A DNA stretch of 36,796 nucleotides, taken from positions 1-36,796 of the IMG/VR virus record IMGVR_UViG_3300037422_000067; one strand, 5' to 3'. Shown piece by piece: positions 15,340-25,431 of the stretch (the first letter of the stretch is position 1; each line of letters opens with the position of its first letter). The notes under the pieces were generated by a model. It did not search any database. It was not told where the DNA came from and worked only from the letters and a program-made list of their open reading frames with translations. The position numbers and the translations under genes are program-made. The DNA comes from a virus (Duplodnaviria; Caudoviricetes).

Positions 15340-15508
15340 CAGCCCCCTTTAATTTAGCTAATTCCGTTTGATTTTCATAAACCTTTTTGGCTTCTTTGAT
15401 TAAATCAAGTTTCAAGTTATCGATAAGCCGCATGTATTTTCTGATAACGAATTGTTGATAGATAGCGGCTCCAATTAGAATCAATATAATAACGTAAGGT
15501 AACGACAT
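15272..15508 (-). CDS. Inner-membrane spanin-like protein
   Basis: N-terminal TM plus coiled coil, immediately after the endolysin. Confidence 0.55.
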   Translation of the reverse strand: MSLPYVIILILIGAAIYQQFVIRKYMRLIDNLKLDLIKEAKKVYENQTELAKLKGADEIRGKSIKDQAAYIADLMDEL

Positions 15509-15519
15509 TCCATACTCCG

Positions 15520-15963
15520 TTAAGTCAAAATTATTTTCTGATCCGTATGTTTAACCCATAATGATTTTAACGCCATGTGTATGTGCCCCCTCTTTTCATA
15601 GTAAAAAAGTTCACCTTTAAAACGCAATACCTCTTTTATCCAAAGAAACACTTTTAAAGGTGACTCATCTAGCGGGATAAAGTCAAGCGCCTCACCATAG
15701 AAATGCTGTGAGTCTTCAGCGCCTCCGACTGCCTCGTTCAGCTCTTGACTAGTCAATCCCCTGGTTATTTTCAGCATGCCATGTGCGTTTCGCGTTGGCT
15801 GCATCCCAAAATGACAAAGTAAGAATAAATTATTGACTTGCTCGATGGTTGGAATGATCTTTTCCGCCAAATCACGGCGGATACTGGAAACAACGCATTC
15901 GCCCAAAGTAAAATGTTCGCTTAAATGGATGTCACGCCAGTTGCTAGATAATATTCTCTGCAT
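15520..15963 (-). CDS. Endolysin, peptidase M15 family
   Basis: LSEHFTL.E, LN.AVGGA..SQH..GEALDF and HIH zinc-ligand motifs. Confidence 0.88.
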   Translation of the reverse strand: MQRILSSNWRDIHLSEHFTLGECVVSSIRRDLAEKIIPTIEQVNNLFLLCHFGMQPTRNAHGMLKITRGLTSQELNEAVGGAEDSQHFYGEALDFIPLDESPLKVFLWIKEVLRFKGELFYYEKRGHIHMALKSLWVKHTDQKIILT

Positions 15964-16346
15964 TAATGAAGCCCCAATAAATTCATCAATAACTTTTTGA
16001 CTGGTTCCATGTTGGCCACTACGCCGCTGCCGGTAACCAGAATGATCGATATAATCATTATCATCTTGCGATCCTTGGTTAAGGTTTCCTTAAGTTCCTT
16101 AAGAGTTTCTTTATAATCCTCGATATCAACTTTAGTGCTCAAAATGCGATCTACGTTATCCATTCTTTTATTCACGTCTGACCTCAATAATTCTTGTGCC
16201 AATGAATTACGTTGCTGTCCGTCGCTCATTCGATGATTGATCTCTCTGAGTTTTTGTTCTTGCACTGCAATGATTTTTCCTTGTTCAGTTATTTCATCAA
16301 ATATCTTATCAATTTTATTTTCAATGCGCTCATCATCTATTACCAT
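15963..16346 (-). CDS. Coiled-coil protein with C-terminal TM (holin/antiholin-like)
   Basis: Architecture and position directly before the endolysin. Confidence 0.55.
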   Translation of the reverse strand: MVIDDERIENKIDKIFDEITEQGKIIAVQEQKLREINHRMSDGQQRNSLAQELLRSDVNKRMDNVDRILSTKVDIEDYKETLKELKETLTKDRKMIMIISIILVTGSGVVANMEPVKKLLMNLLGLH

Positions 16347-16366
16347 TTATTAATCCCCAAAATAAA

Positions 16367-16945
16367 TCAAGTATCATAGACGACCTCAACGTAGGCCATA
16401 ACATCCGCATCAGCCCCGCCTGCTCCAGCCGTGACATCCAAGAAAAAATTTATTGTATCACCTGCCGCGAACGTATCAACACCTCGCGCTTGTATCCCAG
16501 ATGTTTTAAATTGCGTGTTTGCAGAGCTAACCACTAATGAGGATAATGTGAAAACTGTTGATCCATTCTTTCTTACTGTTGGCGCTATTGTGGTTGACCC
16601 CGTAAAAGCAAGGGTAAATATTTGTATCCCTGCGCCAACAATAGAACCAGCGCGGTTAACTACATGCCCCAAAGCCAATGTGGTAGAATCATTTGCGATA
16701 CCTAGATATTTATCTGTAGCCGATGCGGCAATTGAATTCCCAAATGGCAGACATAATCTTGAACCTTTTAATTCTTTACCTATAGTTACATCTTGTGCGA
16801 ATGATACGTCATTACCATTTGAAAAAGGATCGCCTAAAATATCTTCAGCTAGAAATCTGGTATTATCTTTTAGGTTATTGGCATTAGTAAAGCCAAACAA
16901 ATCGCCCTTTATATAATCAACAATTTTTATATAAGTAAATGCCAT
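16367..16945 (-). CDS. Tail-tip/receptor-binding paralog C
   Basis: Aligns along its full length with the two upstream genes; jelly-roll-like C-domain (VRKNG...FAAGDTI). Confidence 0.7.
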   Translation of the reverse strand: MAFTYIKIVDYIKGDLFGFTNANNLKDNTRFLAEDILGDPFSNGNDVSFAQDVTIGKELKGSRLCLPFGNSIAASATDKYLGIANDSTTLALGHVVNRAGSIVGAGIQIFTLAFTGSTTIAPTVRKNGSTVFTLSSLVVSSANTQFKTSGIQARGVDTFAAGDTINFFLDVTAGAGGADADVMAYVEVVYDT

Positions 16946-16950
16946 ATCAT

Positions 16951-17526
16951 TTAGGTATTAAATACCACCTCGATATTTGCCATAACAGATGCAGTATAAG
17001 ACCCCCCCGATCCACTTATAAAAAAACTTATAATGTCATTAGCCAAGAAAGTGTCCAATAATCTTGCTTGCGAAATTGATGTTTTAAATTCAGTATTATT
17101 TGCATTGATATTTAATGTTGATAATGAAAAGGCATCGGAGCCGTTTATCTGTACTATTGGCGTGATGGTTCCAGAGCTTGTGAAAGAACTAGTATATATC
17201 TGTATCCCAGCGCCAACAATAGAACCATTGCGCGATGCTAAATGGCCAGGGCTGTCATCTATGCCAATTGGTGATAGAGCATCATTAATTAATATATATT
17301 CTCCTAATGTCGCATTACCATAAGCTAATAAAAATCGTGATCCTTTTAATTCCTTACTTATAGTTACATCTGATAAAGCTAAATTAACATTATTACTATT
17401 AGCCGAGGGGTCGCCTAAAATATCTTCTGCGATATAACGATTGTTATCGTTTACTGTTTTAAATGATTGGTAACCATATTTATTACCTAATAAGTAATTA
17501 GCTATTTTTGTATAGTTGAATGCCAT
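16951..17526 (-). CDS. Tail-tip/receptor-binding paralog B
   Basis: Shares MAF.Y.K, RYIAEDILGDP, ELKGSR and GSIVGAGIQI. Confidence 0.7.
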   Translation of the reverse strand: MAFNYTKIANYLLGNKYGYQSFKTVNDNNRYIAEDILGDPSANSNNVNLALSDVTISKELKGSRFLLAYGNATLGEYILINDALSPIGIDDSPGHLASRNGSIVGAGIQIYTSSFTSSGTITPIVQINGSDAFSLSTLNINANNTEFKTSISQARLLDTFLANDIISFFISGSGGSYTASVMANIEVVFNT

Positions 17527-17531
17527 ATTAC

Positions 17532-18119
17532 CTACGTGTCATAAACGATATCAATGTTAGAAAGTATTTTAAATATAGCCGAACCGGCTGGGCTAAAATC
17601 TAAAAATATACTCAATACATCGTTAGCAACAAATGTATTTACATTCCTTAATTGTGTTAAATATGACTTATATTGAAATGGCAATGTATCAATAATTATT
17701 TGTGGCAATGAAATTATATTAGAACCATTAATTCTTATTCTCGGAGTAACTTTTGATAATGTTGTAATAAAAGTTGGATATATAAATATCCCAATACCAA
17801 CAATAGACCCTGATCTGTTGACTACGTGACCTAAAGCGTGTGTTGTTGATAATGAATTCGCCATACCTAAATACGTATCACCGGAACTACTATCTATATC
17901 TGCGCCATAATTCATAGTAACGCGGTCACCCTTGATTTCATTTGTCCCTGAAATATTCACGTCACCCAAAGCGAAATTTACTTGATTTCCATTCGAGAAT
18001 GGATCGCCCATGATATCTTCGGCAATATAGCGCGTAGAGTCCTTGACTTTATTTGCCGATTGAAAACCAAATAAATCATCGAGAAGATAATCAGGCAATT
18101 TTGAATAAGTGAAAGCCAT
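17532..18119 (-). CDS. Tail-tip/receptor-binding paralog A
   Basis: Shares the same motifs; TAATG-coupled to the hub gene. Confidence 0.7.
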   Translation of the reverse strand: MAFTYSKLPDYLLDDLFGFQSANKVKDSTRYIAEDIMGDPFSNGNQVNFALGDVNISGTNEIKGDRVTMNYGADIDSSSGDTYLGMANSLSTTHALGHVVNRSGSIVGIGIFIYPTFITTLSKVTPRIRINGSNIISLPQIIIDTLPFQYKSYLTQLRNVNTFVANDVLSIFLDFSPAGSAIFKILSNIDIVYDT

Positions 18120-20104
18120 TAGAGCAACACCGGCATATCGTCACCGCTACTAAATTCGCCTGTTGTCTCATCACCGAGGTGCCCATAAATCTTTTGATCG
18201 GCGCTGGCAGTTAACCATGATGGTAAAATATCGTAGGTTATACCTGATTCATTTGTCCATACTGAATTTGCAACCGTTACTGTAGTCGCGGTTACCGAGA
18301 TTATTTTATGGTGGCTGATGTTTATACCTGAGATAAGTCTGATTATATCATTCGCGACAACACCGTCGGTTATTAAAGATGCTGGCCCTGCGGTTATGGT
18401 AATTACTGCGCTGGTATTGGTTACTCCCGCAGTTCCCGTATTGGCCCGTACTCTTGTAGATTCATCATCCAAAAAGAATCCTGCGTCGGTTAACGCCTCA
18501 ACATCGATTGCTCTTATGTTAACTTCACCTCGCATTGGGTTAATAACATGTTCAATAATTTCAACATTTCGGTCATCAATGGCGATCCCTTCCGGCCCAT
18601 TGTCATGTGTGATTCCAACTTGATCGGCTAAATCAGTAAGGGCCCCTTGTAATCCAGTCCTGAAACTATAATGCGGTACAGGGCTCTTAAACTGAAATAT
18701 AAGCCTTTGCGCCACATCCCCTGCACTTGCACTATTGGCCCAATTAGCTTCTAATGTGAAAAGCTTTTCTTCAAATCTAGCTATGGATTCTGCATCATCG
18801 AAAAATTCGGATTTGAAAAAAGTTTGTTTACCATGGTGGAATTGCGATTGATAATTAACCTTATTTATTATTTGAGTATCTTGAGCGCCCTCGATATTGC
18901 TGTCGTGGTCTATAGAAAATGAACCAGCGAATATATCGCGAGCCTCGTCGAATTTTTTTACTGTTAAACCCAAAACCGCCGGTGCGAATATGCTGGCACC
19001 AACATTGCCGTCTTTACTTATGAACAGTCTTATGCTGAACGATCTACATAGCTCTTGCAGTAATTCAGCCGATGTTCGTTTTTGAGTATAGCCGCCCATG
19101 ACGGTATAGATTCTAGCGTCCGCTGTATCGGTTGACGTATTGAATGAATCGCCGTCGATCACTGGATTGCCTAAATAGTTCGATAGAATGTCATTAAGTA
19201 CGTCGATTGGATTGGTCATGAGTGATCCGTCTGGATTCATCCGACCCTGCACGTTAACCGTGACCACGCCAAGGCTGCCGCTATCCAGTACGTTATTGTT
19301 GAATTGTGTATCGGTAAATTCAAGATAAGCCATTTCATCGCTGTTAATCATTCCATTGGTTACCGCAGTGTAATCTGTTACGGCGGTTAACAATGCGTTA
19401 CCGGTGCTTTTAGTGACATAAACTTGGTCTATTGACTTGACAGCATGGCGAGCTATAAGCATCTTCTTAGTACCGACCCCATTGTCGATATAAAGAGTCG
19501 GGAATGCTCCGCGATCTCTTGCGTCATCGGAACTTGTTACCGAATGATTACCATAGCAAAGAGGCAGTGGTAGCCCGCGATGTCCTTGGTATGATTTCGG
19601 AAAATCCGTTTCGTTAACATCGCCCACTGATGGAAATTCCGGCATATCGAAAAGCTTGTCCTTGATGGAAATATTCAACGTGAATCCGCTAATCGAATAA
19701 CTGTCAATCACGCCTCGGCTTATTTCCTGGAAAGTCCCCAAGGTCATATTTTCCGAGCCCATCTTTATCGAAGTCGAAGCGCCTTTAAGATTAACGCTTT
19801 TAAGAGAATAAATTTGATCGGTATCCGATAGAGTTACTTCGACATTCGAGGCTTGAAATATACCTGTAGTCTTTTGTAAGACTCTTCGGACTGAACCCAC
19901 ATTTATCATTTTACCATCGTAAAGTGCTTGTTGAAAACGTGAAGTGCCTGTGCTTATATAAAGCTTCTCACCGTCCGGCTGTAATGTTATCTCAAGTAAA
20001 GTAACAATGCCGATTCCAAATTTACTGAAATCATTCGCAAGAGTATGGCCGCCGCCATAGGTGAATGAGCCATAAGCACCATCACCATATCTTCTAAATG
20101 CCAT
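18119..20104 (-). CDS. Baseplate hub/central tail protein
   Basis: Position after the tape measure; PLPLCYG, TNPIDVL.DIL, LLQELC.SF and DLADQV.ITH are hub-like patterns. Confidence 0.7.
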   Translation of the reverse strand: MAFRRYGDGAYGSFTYGGGHTLANDFSKFGIGIVTLLEITLQPDGEKLYISTGTSRFQQALYDGKMINVGSVRRVLQKTTGIFQASNVEVTLSDTDQIYSLKSVNLKGASTSIKMGSENMTLGTFQEISRGVIDSYSISGFTLNISIKDKLFDMPEFPSVGDVNETDFPKSYQGHRGLPLPLCYGNHSVTSSDDARDRGAFPTLYIDNGVGTKKMLIARHAVKSIDQVYVTKSTGNALLTAVTDYTAVTNGMINSDEMAYLEFTDTQFNNNVLDSGSLGVVTVNVQGRMNPDGSLMTNPIDVLNDILSNYLGNPVIDGDSFNTSTDTADARIYTVMGGYTQKRTSAELLQELCRSFSIRLFISKDGNVGASIFAPAVLGLTVKKFDEARDIFAGSFSIDHDSNIEGAQDTQIINKVNYQSQFHHGKQTFFKSEFFDDAESIARFEEKLFTLEANWANSASAGDVAQRLIFQFKSPVPHYSFRTGLQGALTDLADQVGITHDNGPEGIAIDDRNVEIIEHVINPMRGEVNIRAIDVEALTDAGFFLDDESTRVRANTGTAGVTNTSAVITITAGPASLITDGVVANDIIRLISGINISHHKIISVTATTVTVANSVWTNESGITYDILPSWLTASADQKIYGHLGDETTGEFSSGDDMPVLL

Positions 20105-21334
20105 TTATTTGTACTCCAGAATCTTTTCTTGCCAACCCATAACTTTAACGTTAATTGAATCAGTCGTGCTTGTCGTCACATCACCTGATATCTGTTGAGG
20201 TGTAAGGATTGGGCACCACCAATAAGCAAAACCATTGTTGTTAACCGTGGTAGATGTTGCCCTATGTCTCCCTTGCCCACTTGTAGTGCTGGCCCCGCAT
20301 GTAAGTGTGTCAGTAATTGCATTAACCGCAGCCCATGTTGAACGAGCATAAAGACATATTGCCGTTACTGGTATGAGAAACGTTTTCAATGTAGGTGTTG
20401 AGCTATTAAAATTAACATCTGCGGTAATATTTATACTCAACATCACTAAACCGTCAGAAGCAACAAATTCTATAATAGCCGAACTAGTGCCAGTTATAAA
20501 ACCGCCTAAATAACTATAAGCACTAAAACCACTTGGCCCCGTATCTGGATCATTTACTGAACACACAACATCAAATGTAAACCCACTTGTAGGTGGTATT
20601 GCATAAAGATAATAAACCGTGCTTGCCGCTTTTGTTCCGGTATCCAAACCATTGCGACCAGCAGTATCAAGATCAAGAGTTTTATCAGACACATTAGCAT
20701 AAATCTTACCATCAATCTTAACAACCGCTGGTTTCGAGCTTGATGCTGTTACAATCAACTGACTCGAATCCGCTGTGATCGACTTATAACCAGGGCGACC
20801 ATGAGCGGCTTTCCATTCATAAAATGAATATCCGGTACGTGGTACAAAAAAATCACCTGATAATAATTCCCTACGCAACCAAGGAATTAATAAGGTTCCG
20901 TCACTTGTGCGGTGGAATATGACTATGTTTCCATTATCACCTACGGCGTCAGGCAATGCACCCGCTGCTGCTGTTGTTATGGAAGTTATCGATTGGTTAG
21001 ATGCTGGCTCACGATTCTTTACAACATATCCGATTCGATTTGAACTAGATAAATTAGTAGGCGACGCTGCGGTTGTAATCGTAACAGTCTTATCAGTGAC
21101 ATGGTCATGTAAAACAATATCTTCGGTAAATGTCACATTACCAGTCGCATTGTCGTATGATATTTTTCCGCCACCTCTAACAGAGATATTTCTATCCTCG
21201 CGCGCGGCATACATGACGCGAGCCGATTCGGTCAATGAATTGTCATTTAATATTGTATCCCAAACGTTTGAATCCGAACCTGGTGACGGAACCGTAAGAT
21301 TGATTAACCCTGTACCTGGTATTGTTGTGCTCAT
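20105..21334 (-). CDS. Tail fibre/baseplate-associated protein
   Basis: N-terminal 'NLTVP.PGSD..W...LN.N' fibre-anchor motif; NGLDTGT.AAST.YYLYAI motif. Confidence 0.65.
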   Translation of the reverse strand: MSTTIPGTGLINLTVPSPGSDSNVWDTILNDNSLTESARVMYAAREDRNISVRGGGKISYDNATGNVTFTEDIVLHDHVTDKTVTITTAASPTNLSSSNRIGYVVKNREPASNQSITSITTAAAGALPDAVGDNGNIVIFHRTSDGTLLIPWLRRELLSGDFFVPRTGYSFYEWKAAHGRPGYKSITADSSQLIVTASSSKPAVVKIDGKIYANVSDKTLDLDTAGRNGLDTGTKAASTVYYLYAIPPTSGFTFDVVCSVNDPDTGPSGFSAYSYLGGFITGTSSAIIEFVASDGLVMLSINITADVNFNSSTPTLKTFLIPVTAICLYARSTWAAVNAITDTLTCGASTTSGQGRHRATSTTVNNNGFAYWWCPILTPQQISGDVTTSTTDSINVKVMGWQEKILEYK

Positions 21335-22143
21335 TCTGCTACCGGCAGGCTTTTACCAGCCGCCTCCTCATCTAAAGTTAGATCGATATCGAAATTGTCG
21401 TTTGCATTCTGCTGAACCACAAGGTCACCATTCATTCTTACAAAAAAACTTTCCTTGGGTGTCTCAAATGGATTAAGTACATAAACAAAAGGAAGTCCTG
21501 ACCCCTTGACAAAACGCTCTAATTTTCTTAATTCATCTCTTGTAGCTGCCGTGGCTTTTTCCCACTTGATCCTAAATATCCTACGTTCCGCCCTTGTATA
21601 AACATATTTCTGCATATACTCGGTTACATTTTCAATGTTGTTTCGTTCAAACGTTTGTGTATGAACGATTTCATGCTGCTGAGTAGATGCTAAAGCTACT
21701 CTTAGCCCTATCCACCATTCACCGACTTCATAGTAACCGTCAGGATTTGTGGTATTTGAAATTAATAAACGCCAAAATCTAAAAGTCTGAGCGCTCGATA
21801 ATTCATGATAAAGATTTCGATGTTTAGGATTAAGAGCTAAACCTGATACGGTTAAAACTTCTGAGAATGAAGGAGCGCCCCATGAGTCGGTTGCATTGCC
21901 TTGGATAGTCACGGTTGCAGCAGAGGTTAAGTTAACGTTGCCTAGAAACACTGTGTCTATTTGACTTGGAACACCGAAATCATTGACTACGTTATGAGAA
22001 GTTGCGGCATCAAGAGTTCGCCATGTTTTAGAATAATTGTCAGTTTGCAGATTGAGCGATGGATAGCTTGCATGCTGGCTGTCGGCGATAAGCGATTTAA
22101 AAACCGACTTGATTTTATTATCGTAAAATAATCTTGTTGACAT
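21331..22143 (-). CDS. Distal tail-like protein with discoidin-type domain
   Basis: Directly after the tape measure; FRFWRLLI...YYEVGEWWIG. Confidence 0.6.
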   Translation of the reverse strand: MSTRLFYDNKIKSVFKSLIADSQHASYPSLNLQTDNYSKTWRTLDAATSHNVVNDFGVPSQIDTVFLGNVNLTSAATVTIQGNATDSWGAPSFSEVLTVSGLALNPKHRNLYHELSSAQTFRFWRLLISNTTNPDGYYEVGEWWIGLRVALASTQQHEIVHTQTFERNNIENVTEYMQKYVYTRAERRIFRIKWEKATAATRDELRKLERFVKGSGLPFVYVLNPFETPKESFFVRMNGDLVVQQNANDNFDIDLTLDEEAAGKSLPVAE

Positions 22144-24596
22144 TAGATCAACCTCTTGAGTGTATCACGAATACCACCACGATTGGTCTTCAGAGCCTCT
22201 TGCAGCATGGCCACGATGTCAGTGCCGGTTCCCATTGACTTACCGTTAATCATGATGTTAACATTTCCGGTTGCCGCGCCTTTCGGTATTACCTTTTCAC
22301 CTTCATGTACGAAAGCAAATCCGGTCTTGTTGACTTGTCCACCCTCTTGAAAACTCTTGACGCCTTCCAACACTTTGCGGATATTGTTTAACTCTTCTAG
22401 TTGACTTAAGAATATTTTGTTTTCCCTTTCCATCAGACTCAAAATTTTATCCTCTCTTGCTTGAGTCTGTGCGTGCGCTGTTTCAAGTTGAGCCAGAATC
22501 GAAGCTTGTTTATTCTTAAGTTCCTCTTGAGTGATTATCCCTGATGCGGCGGCCTGTTGCGCCGATTGAAACTCATTGAGCAAGGCGTTCTGCACATTCA
22601 AAGCGGCTTCAGCCTTATCGGCTCCGGTTGCCTCTTGGAAAGCTTTTAATGCAGCGGCGCTTGATTGTTCTGGGCTAAGCAGAGCGCCAGATATTGTTTT
22701 CTTGAGGTTTTCAAATCCTTGATTTACGTTTTGCCATAAACTTAATTCCTCGTTAAGTTGTTGCATACGTAGATTATGCTGCTGTGTAATTAAAGGTATT
22801 TGTTCTTCGATGGCTTTTTCAAGCTCATCAAACATTTCCTTGAATGCTTTTCGGCTGCGGCGGCGGGTCACGATTACGTCAACATCATCTGAAAGCCCGG
22901 CAATGGCTCTTGTTGCATTTCTTCTGTCAGAACCTCTAGCCGTTCTCTCTTCACGCAATGCCTCAAATTCTTGCAATACTGCTTTAATTGATTTGCGACC
23001 TTCGCTAACTCTTTGATTATAGATTTTTATATTTTCCGCCGTAGTATGTGCGCTCATGGCGGCATCTTCTATGCTATTTTCAAGGGTTTTCATCCGTTCG
23101 TTAAAATTTTCAATAGTACCTTCTAAAAAGTTAGCACCACCAATGAATGATTCACTAGTTCCGCCGAAAAGCATACTACTGAGATCTTGCCACCCATCAG
23201 CCCAATCAGTAAATAAGTCTTTGATCCCTTCACCTATTTGTTGAATTATTACTGGAAATTTAAGATATAATGCCAAAACAGCAACTGCTGGCGCTGCTGC
23301 CCCAGCCGCCGAACCTGCTATATTAGTAGCATCGCCGCCTTGAGCCGCACTTAGAATGTCACGGGATTTTTGCTCGACTTGAGCTTGTTCTTTTGCGGTT
23401 TTCTCTTTTCGGATCGCATTAATTTCAAAATCATGAGTCTCTTGTAAAATTCTTTTTAGTTCATTTGCCTTTTCTATCTCAATATCTTTTGCGTCCAAAA
23501 GCTCATTTATGCGGGCTACTTTTTGATCGAATAAATCATTAATTTGTTCTTCTTCGCTCTTTGTTGCTTCTAAGGCTGAATTGGCGTCTTTAAACAAATC
23601 GTTGATTTCCTCTTGGGCTTTTTTCTTCCTTTCTGTTTCTTTAAGAGATGCTTTATCCAAGGCAAGCTGTTTATTTTTTTCCTTGGTCAACTTAATATTT
23701 TCAGCTAGAATTGCTTTGCTAGCATTTCGATCTTTTATGGATAATGATGCATTGCCTTGAGCCGATCCTGTACTAATAAAATTTCCGACTGCTTTCACGG
23801 AAATGGAAATATTTTCCACTATCGATTTAAAAATATCCCTTAATGAAATTAACCCGAAAAGTTTTGTATTCACCAAAGCTTCTGAAAAATTTTTAAACGT
23901 TTCCAATAAATTACGCAATGCTCCAGCCATTGTATCTATGTCTGCCGCGGCGGCACCACTAAAACCTTTTTGTCTTAGAGCCTCCATGAGATTGGCGAGA
24001 TTCTCTGTTGGGGTTAATGCTTCTTTAACGTTTATCCCATAGCGTTTTAAGGCGTCTGCTGATCCACCGATTGCTTTACCGACGGCCCGAGCGGCTGTCT
24101 CTTGATCGATGCCCATGGCGGTTGAGATATCTAAAGTCGCCTTAGTAGCCTCTTTTAAAGATTCTCCATAAATTCCAAAAGATGAAATTAAACGTGCAAT
24201 ATCTATTAATGCACTCTGATCGTTGGCGGTCTGTTCAGCTAATGCCGTAGTGAACTTTATAATATCGTCTGTTACCGCTTTATTGGTTACACCTAAAGCT
24301 TGGTATTGTGCGCTCAACAGCCTTGTAGCTTTTTCCACTTCTATTGTTTCGGTCATCCCAGTTTTTAGTGTTTTATAGAATGCCGTAATTAAAACCACTG
24401 GCCCAGCCACACGTTTTGCAAGATTAAGAAAACTTTGCCCTAAGCTTGATGATGTTCTTGTAGCCTCTTCTGCAATCTTTGAACCCTTCGCCACTTGTTC
24501 ATTGAGTTTTTTTAATTCATCAATAACGCCTTTTATGTTAGACGTTGCATTCTCGTCTATGGCTCTTATCGGTATGACTACTGCTGATTCAGCCAT
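22143..24596 (-). CDS. Tape measure protein
   Basis: 817 aa, helical and Ala-rich; follows the chaperones; C-terminal FQEGG.V..TG.AFVHEGEKVIP. Confidence 0.9.
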   Translation of the reverse strand: MAESAVVIPIRAIDENATSNIKGVIDELKKLNEQVAKGSKIAEEATRTSSSLGQSFLNLAKRVAGPVVLITAFYKTLKTGMTETIEVEKATRLLSAQYQALGVTNKAVTDDIIKFTTALAEQTANDQSALIDIARLISSFGIYGESLKEATKATLDISTAMGIDQETAARAVGKAIGGSADALKRYGINVKEALTPTENLANLMEALRQKGFSGAAAADIDTMAGALRNLLETFKNFSEALVNTKLFGLISLRDIFKSIVENISISVKAVGNFISTGSAQGNASLSIKDRNASKAILAENIKLTKEKNKQLALDKASLKETERKKKAQEEINDLFKDANSALEATKSEEEQINDLFDQKVARINELLDAKDIEIEKANELKRILQETHDFEINAIRKEKTAKEQAQVEQKSRDILSAAQGGDATNIAGSAAGAAAPAVAVLALYLKFPVIIQQIGEGIKDLFTDWADGWQDLSSMLFGGTSESFIGGANFLEGTIENFNERMKTLENSIEDAAMSAHTTAENIKIYNQRVSEGRKSIKAVLQEFEALREERTARGSDRRNATRAIAGLSDDVDVIVTRRRSRKAFKEMFDELEKAIEEQIPLITQQHNLRMQQLNEELSLWQNVNQGFENLKKTISGALLSPEQSSAAALKAFQEATGADKAEAALNVQNALLNEFQSAQQAAASGIITQEELKNKQASILAQLETAHAQTQAREDKILSLMERENKIFLSQLEELNNIRKVLEGVKSFQEGGQVNKTGFAFVHEGEKVIPKGAATGNVNIMINGKSMGTGTDIVAMLQEALKTNRGGIRDTLKRLI

Positions 24597-24598
24597 TG

Positions 24599-24961
24599 TT
24601 ACCTTCTCTTGATCTTGTTAGTCATCTCAAACTTTTTAGACGACTGATTCTTAATTCTCAAATCCTCGTTCATGCAAACTATTATCTTGTCGAACGTCTC
24701 CTCTCGTTTTCTTATTCCGTAAGTCTCAAATAAGAACTGCATGGCGGTGTAATCCAAGCCCTCAGAAAAACCAGTTGTCTGTCTGAGCAAGTTGAATACT
24801 CGCCAGGCTTCATAATTATTTGGCTCAAATTCTTGCTGTAGATGATAGAACGGGCACTGTTGGCAGTCTGGTATGGGAATATTGAACTTCTCAAGGTTAT
24901 CCTCGCATTTATAGCATTGAAGGTTTTGTTCGTTAAGTACATATGCCGCCCATTCCTTCAA
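24599..24961 (-). CDS. Tail assembly chaperone C-terminal extension (gpT-like, reached by -1 frameshift)
   Basis: In the -1 frame relative to the upstream gene at an A9 run; GLDYTAM motif. Confidence 0.75.
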   Translation of the reverse strand: MKEWAAYVLNEQNLQCYKCEDNLEKFNIPIPDCQQCPFYHLQQEFEPNNYEAWRVFNLLRQTTGFSEGLDYTAMQFLFETYGIRKREETFDKIIVCMNEDLRIKNQSSKKFEMTNKIKRR

Positions 24962-25374
24962 CTTTTTTTTTCTGCCTCAATACGGATATCCTCGAAAGTT
25001 TGGATGTCCTTCATCTTTTCTATTATCCACACTTCAAGTCCGTCAGCATGTTTTAGTAACGCAAGCTTGTTTTCATTGCTGCACTCGTAAACGGTTTTCT
25101 TTTCCGACTTGTTGAAACGCTGGCCGATCTTCGGGAGCGTCTCGCCATTAACGCCTTCCCAGTCGATTATTGCTTGGGAGATCTTGTTTAAGAACCTGTC
25201 GTTGTCGATCTCTTCGATCTTTTGATGGGTCTTGCGGTCCCAATTTGTGCTCTTGGCATATTCCAGCCAATCGCTTAGATCACGCTTATCAACGGCCTTA
25301 ACATGGAAACGTATCCCATGTATCCATTCGACCCATGCTGACTTTTCAACTATTGCTTCACTTATCTTTGCCAT
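24958..25374 (-). CDS. Tail assembly chaperone (gpG-like)
   Basis: Between tube and tape measure; IIDWEGV motif; ends at a slippery site. Confidence 0.8.
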   Translation of the reverse strand: MAKISEAIVEKSAWVEWIHGIRFHVKAVDKRDLSDWLEYAKSTNWDRKTHQKIEEIDNDRFLNKISQAIIDWEGVNGETLPKIGQRFNKSEKKTVYECSNENKLALLKHADGLEVWIIEKMKDIQTFEDIRIEAEKKS

Positions 25375-25431
25375 ATTAACTCCCTAGCCTTTCGGCAATT
25401 AGGCTTTCGCCGTGAGTATTAAACTTTGACC

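Noticed and set aside
16367-18119. Diversity-generating retroelement or invertible fibre cassette
   Set aside because: No reverse transcriptase, invertase, near-identical TR/VR pair or inverted copies.
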